A stretch of 63,487 nt of DNA, the filler included, from Octopus bimaculoides (lineage: Eukaryota), in the NCBI RefSeq assembly GCF_001194135.2. It is 6 parts of 6 records of this genome, joined end to end, with 100 filler letters (N's around TTAATTAATTAA, not from the genome) between each part and the next. Parts side by side here need not be neighbours in the genome. Positions count along the whole stretch, not along the records: positions 58,762 to 62,380 come from NC_069003.1; positions 62,481 to 63,487 come from NW_026430869.1; 4 more parts are not named here. The stretch is one strand, 5' to 3'. Shown in pieces: positions 61,440 through 63,487 of this stretch (its first letter is position 1; every line of letters begins with the position of its first letter). The translations under genes and the position numbers were made by a program. Under the pieces are notes generated by a model that saw nothing but the letters and a program-made list of their open reading frames with translations, made no database searches and was not told the DNA's origin.

Positions 61440-62040
61440 TTCGTTGGTGCTGTGTCATAGAGAGAGGTTGATCCAGTATGTGTTGGCTTCAGAGTGTAAA
61501 ATTAAGGACTGAACACGAGGTGATCCAGGAAGCTACACAAAGAAGATTGGCACAATGTGATATATCAGCTACTGGGAGAGACTGAAAGAATTAAGACTCT
61601 ACTCCCTAGAATGAAGGCATGAAAGATATGCTGTAATATACACCTGAAAAATCCTAGAAAACTTATATCAAACTTTGGCATTGTCAGCTACACAAACAGC
61701 AGGACTGGGCATCACTGCATAGTACCAAAAATCCTAACATTGCCATCAGGATACAGGACCAGATATCGTAACAACTTGGGCTTCAAGGGCCCACACCTCT
61801 TCAATATTCTCCCACAAATCCTGAGAGACCTGCATGGTGTGGACGTAGGCATTTTCAAAACAAAACTGGATCTCTTTCTATCAAGAGTTCTGGATGAACC
61901 CACCTCTAGGCAAGAAACAAGGATGAGGATGGGGGCAGAATGTCAGATTCCCTCATTCACCAAATGTCACATATCAGAGGAGATTTAGTGAAAGTGTAGC
62001 AAAGCAAATGGCAGTGCTCTAGCAAGGCCGCAATTACTGG
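61440..62040 (+). mobile_element. CR1-group LINE 3' fragment
   Basis: ISYWERLKELRLYSLE*RHERYAVIY.. and GPHLFNILP..FKTKLDLFL, typical CR1-like C-terminal motifs. Confidence 0.75.
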
Positions 62041-62067
62041 ATTGAAATTAAAAAAGATAGATATATA

Positions 62068-62340
62068 TCTATACTATATATAAAACAGAGATGTGTGTGT
62101 AATCGCTTTTCACGTGAAATCGACTTCACCAAATGCTTCCATACTTGTAATGCATGAATAATTTGACCTCGGATAAATCTTAGGCTCTTCATTTGATTTT
62201 TTTAATTAAAAATAAATAATATTGCTTTATATTTAAGATTCACTTCTTTAAAAAGGTTCCTCAATGTCAACTTCCGGTATTGACGTAACAACGGCAAAAA
62301 GCTTCACTCTCTATTTTGTGTGTGAGTGTGTGTGTTCGTG
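62068..62340 (+). mobile_element. Possible non-autonomous Helitron 5' end
   Basis: Begins TCTATACTATATATAAAA followed by gtgtgt, resembling animal Helitron 5' termini. The 3' end is not seen because of the gap. Confidence 0.4.
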
Positions 62341-63487
62341 TGTATGAGAGAGAGAGAGAGAGTAAATACTACATACACACNNNNNNNNNNNNNNNNNNNN
62401 NNNNNNNNNNNNNNNNNNNNNNNNTTAATTAATTAANNNNNNNNNNNNNNNNNNNNNNNNNNNNNNNNNNNNNNNNNNNNATATATGTTAGTGTGTGAGT
62501 CATGGTGATGTTTGTGTCCATATTTTAGTTTCATATCCTGTCATTTAACAACTGTTTTACACATGACTATATAACCCCAGGAGGACAAAGTATTTATACT
62601 TTTCTACCCTAATAAAAGGCCATTGACTAAACCCCACAAAATTACGTAAACGAACACAATCTGTCGTTTTTGTTTTTATGTTTTTTTTTTGTATATTATT
62701 TGGATCATTATTTCCTTCATGACAATGAAAGTAAAAGCCGCCGAATCACTTACACGATATAAATCACGCCAATGTTAAATGTTGCGCATTGCCCTTTAGT
62801 TACACATACCGAAGTTACGTGCAGTAAATAAATATTGATATACTTTTCTGGTATCATTTACGACTCATTCTCTAATGCAAAGTACAAGCCTTAATACATA
62901 TAATGTTTATAAAAGAATCTTGTCGTATGCACAAAAATAATCGATGAATTCTAACTTGATATAGGTTTTCTTTTGCTTGTACAGATTATTATAATAAAGA
63001 CAAATATATTCTGTTGTTTAGACAGATATACAAGAAGGAAATCTCACTGGATATCGTTTTCAGCTGCATCTTAAATAACGAGCGCTCACAATGTGGGAGG
63101 AGAATATCACATTTTCAAGATAAGGATTGCTTATTTTACAGCGTTCAATGTATGTAATGATAAGCTATATAGCCTTGCAATTTTATCATGTTTACATAGT
63201 CTGATTATTGATTTTTCTAAAGAGTATTGCAACCACGTATTACATTGCTAATTTGTTCAACGATATTGTATTGTTGCATAGATATATACCTAAAGGTCGT
63301 GTTGATTTTTACTGTAGTTGATCATAGGAACGTCACCCGTGTGACCATATTGCTCTCCATACTTATTGTAGCTTCTTTATATGTCATTCCTGTGTATGCA
63401 TTTCAGATGTGTAAATATATTTCCTTCTTGACACTGGAACATTGATGAACATTAGTAATGTTTGAACTAATATATATATATATATAT

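Overview
Eukaryotic, AT-rich draft scaffold dense in microsatellites and transposons, with many N gaps. The SINE families and repeat landscape look like an octopus genome (inference). I found no rRNA, true tRNA or CRISPR features. About 50 kb is layered transposon debris: several tRNA-derived SINE families, R4/Dong-like and other RLE retrotransposon 3' ends sitting in microsatellites, an L1/Tx1-type LINE, RTE, CR1 and Penelope-like remnants, DD37E and DD37D Tc1/mariner elements, a Chapaev-like element and hAT MITEs. The only convincing host gene is a giant, apparently single-exon orphan ORF (51290-58425, about 2,370 aa across a gap). It is built from a hierarchically amplified S/Q-rich heptad and includes a Cys-rich 35-aa repeat module. 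Other highlights: (1) an L1/Tx1 LINE whose 3' end is shared with one SINE subfamily, a candidate LINE-SINE partnership; (2) hammerhead ribozyme-like motifs; (3) a stack of same-orientation R4/Dong 3' ends inside one TAA microsatellite; (4) a Penelope-like GIY-YIG domain split by an in-frame N/S/T-rich insert of about 134 aa. All family assignments come from motif recognition by eye; no database searches were run.
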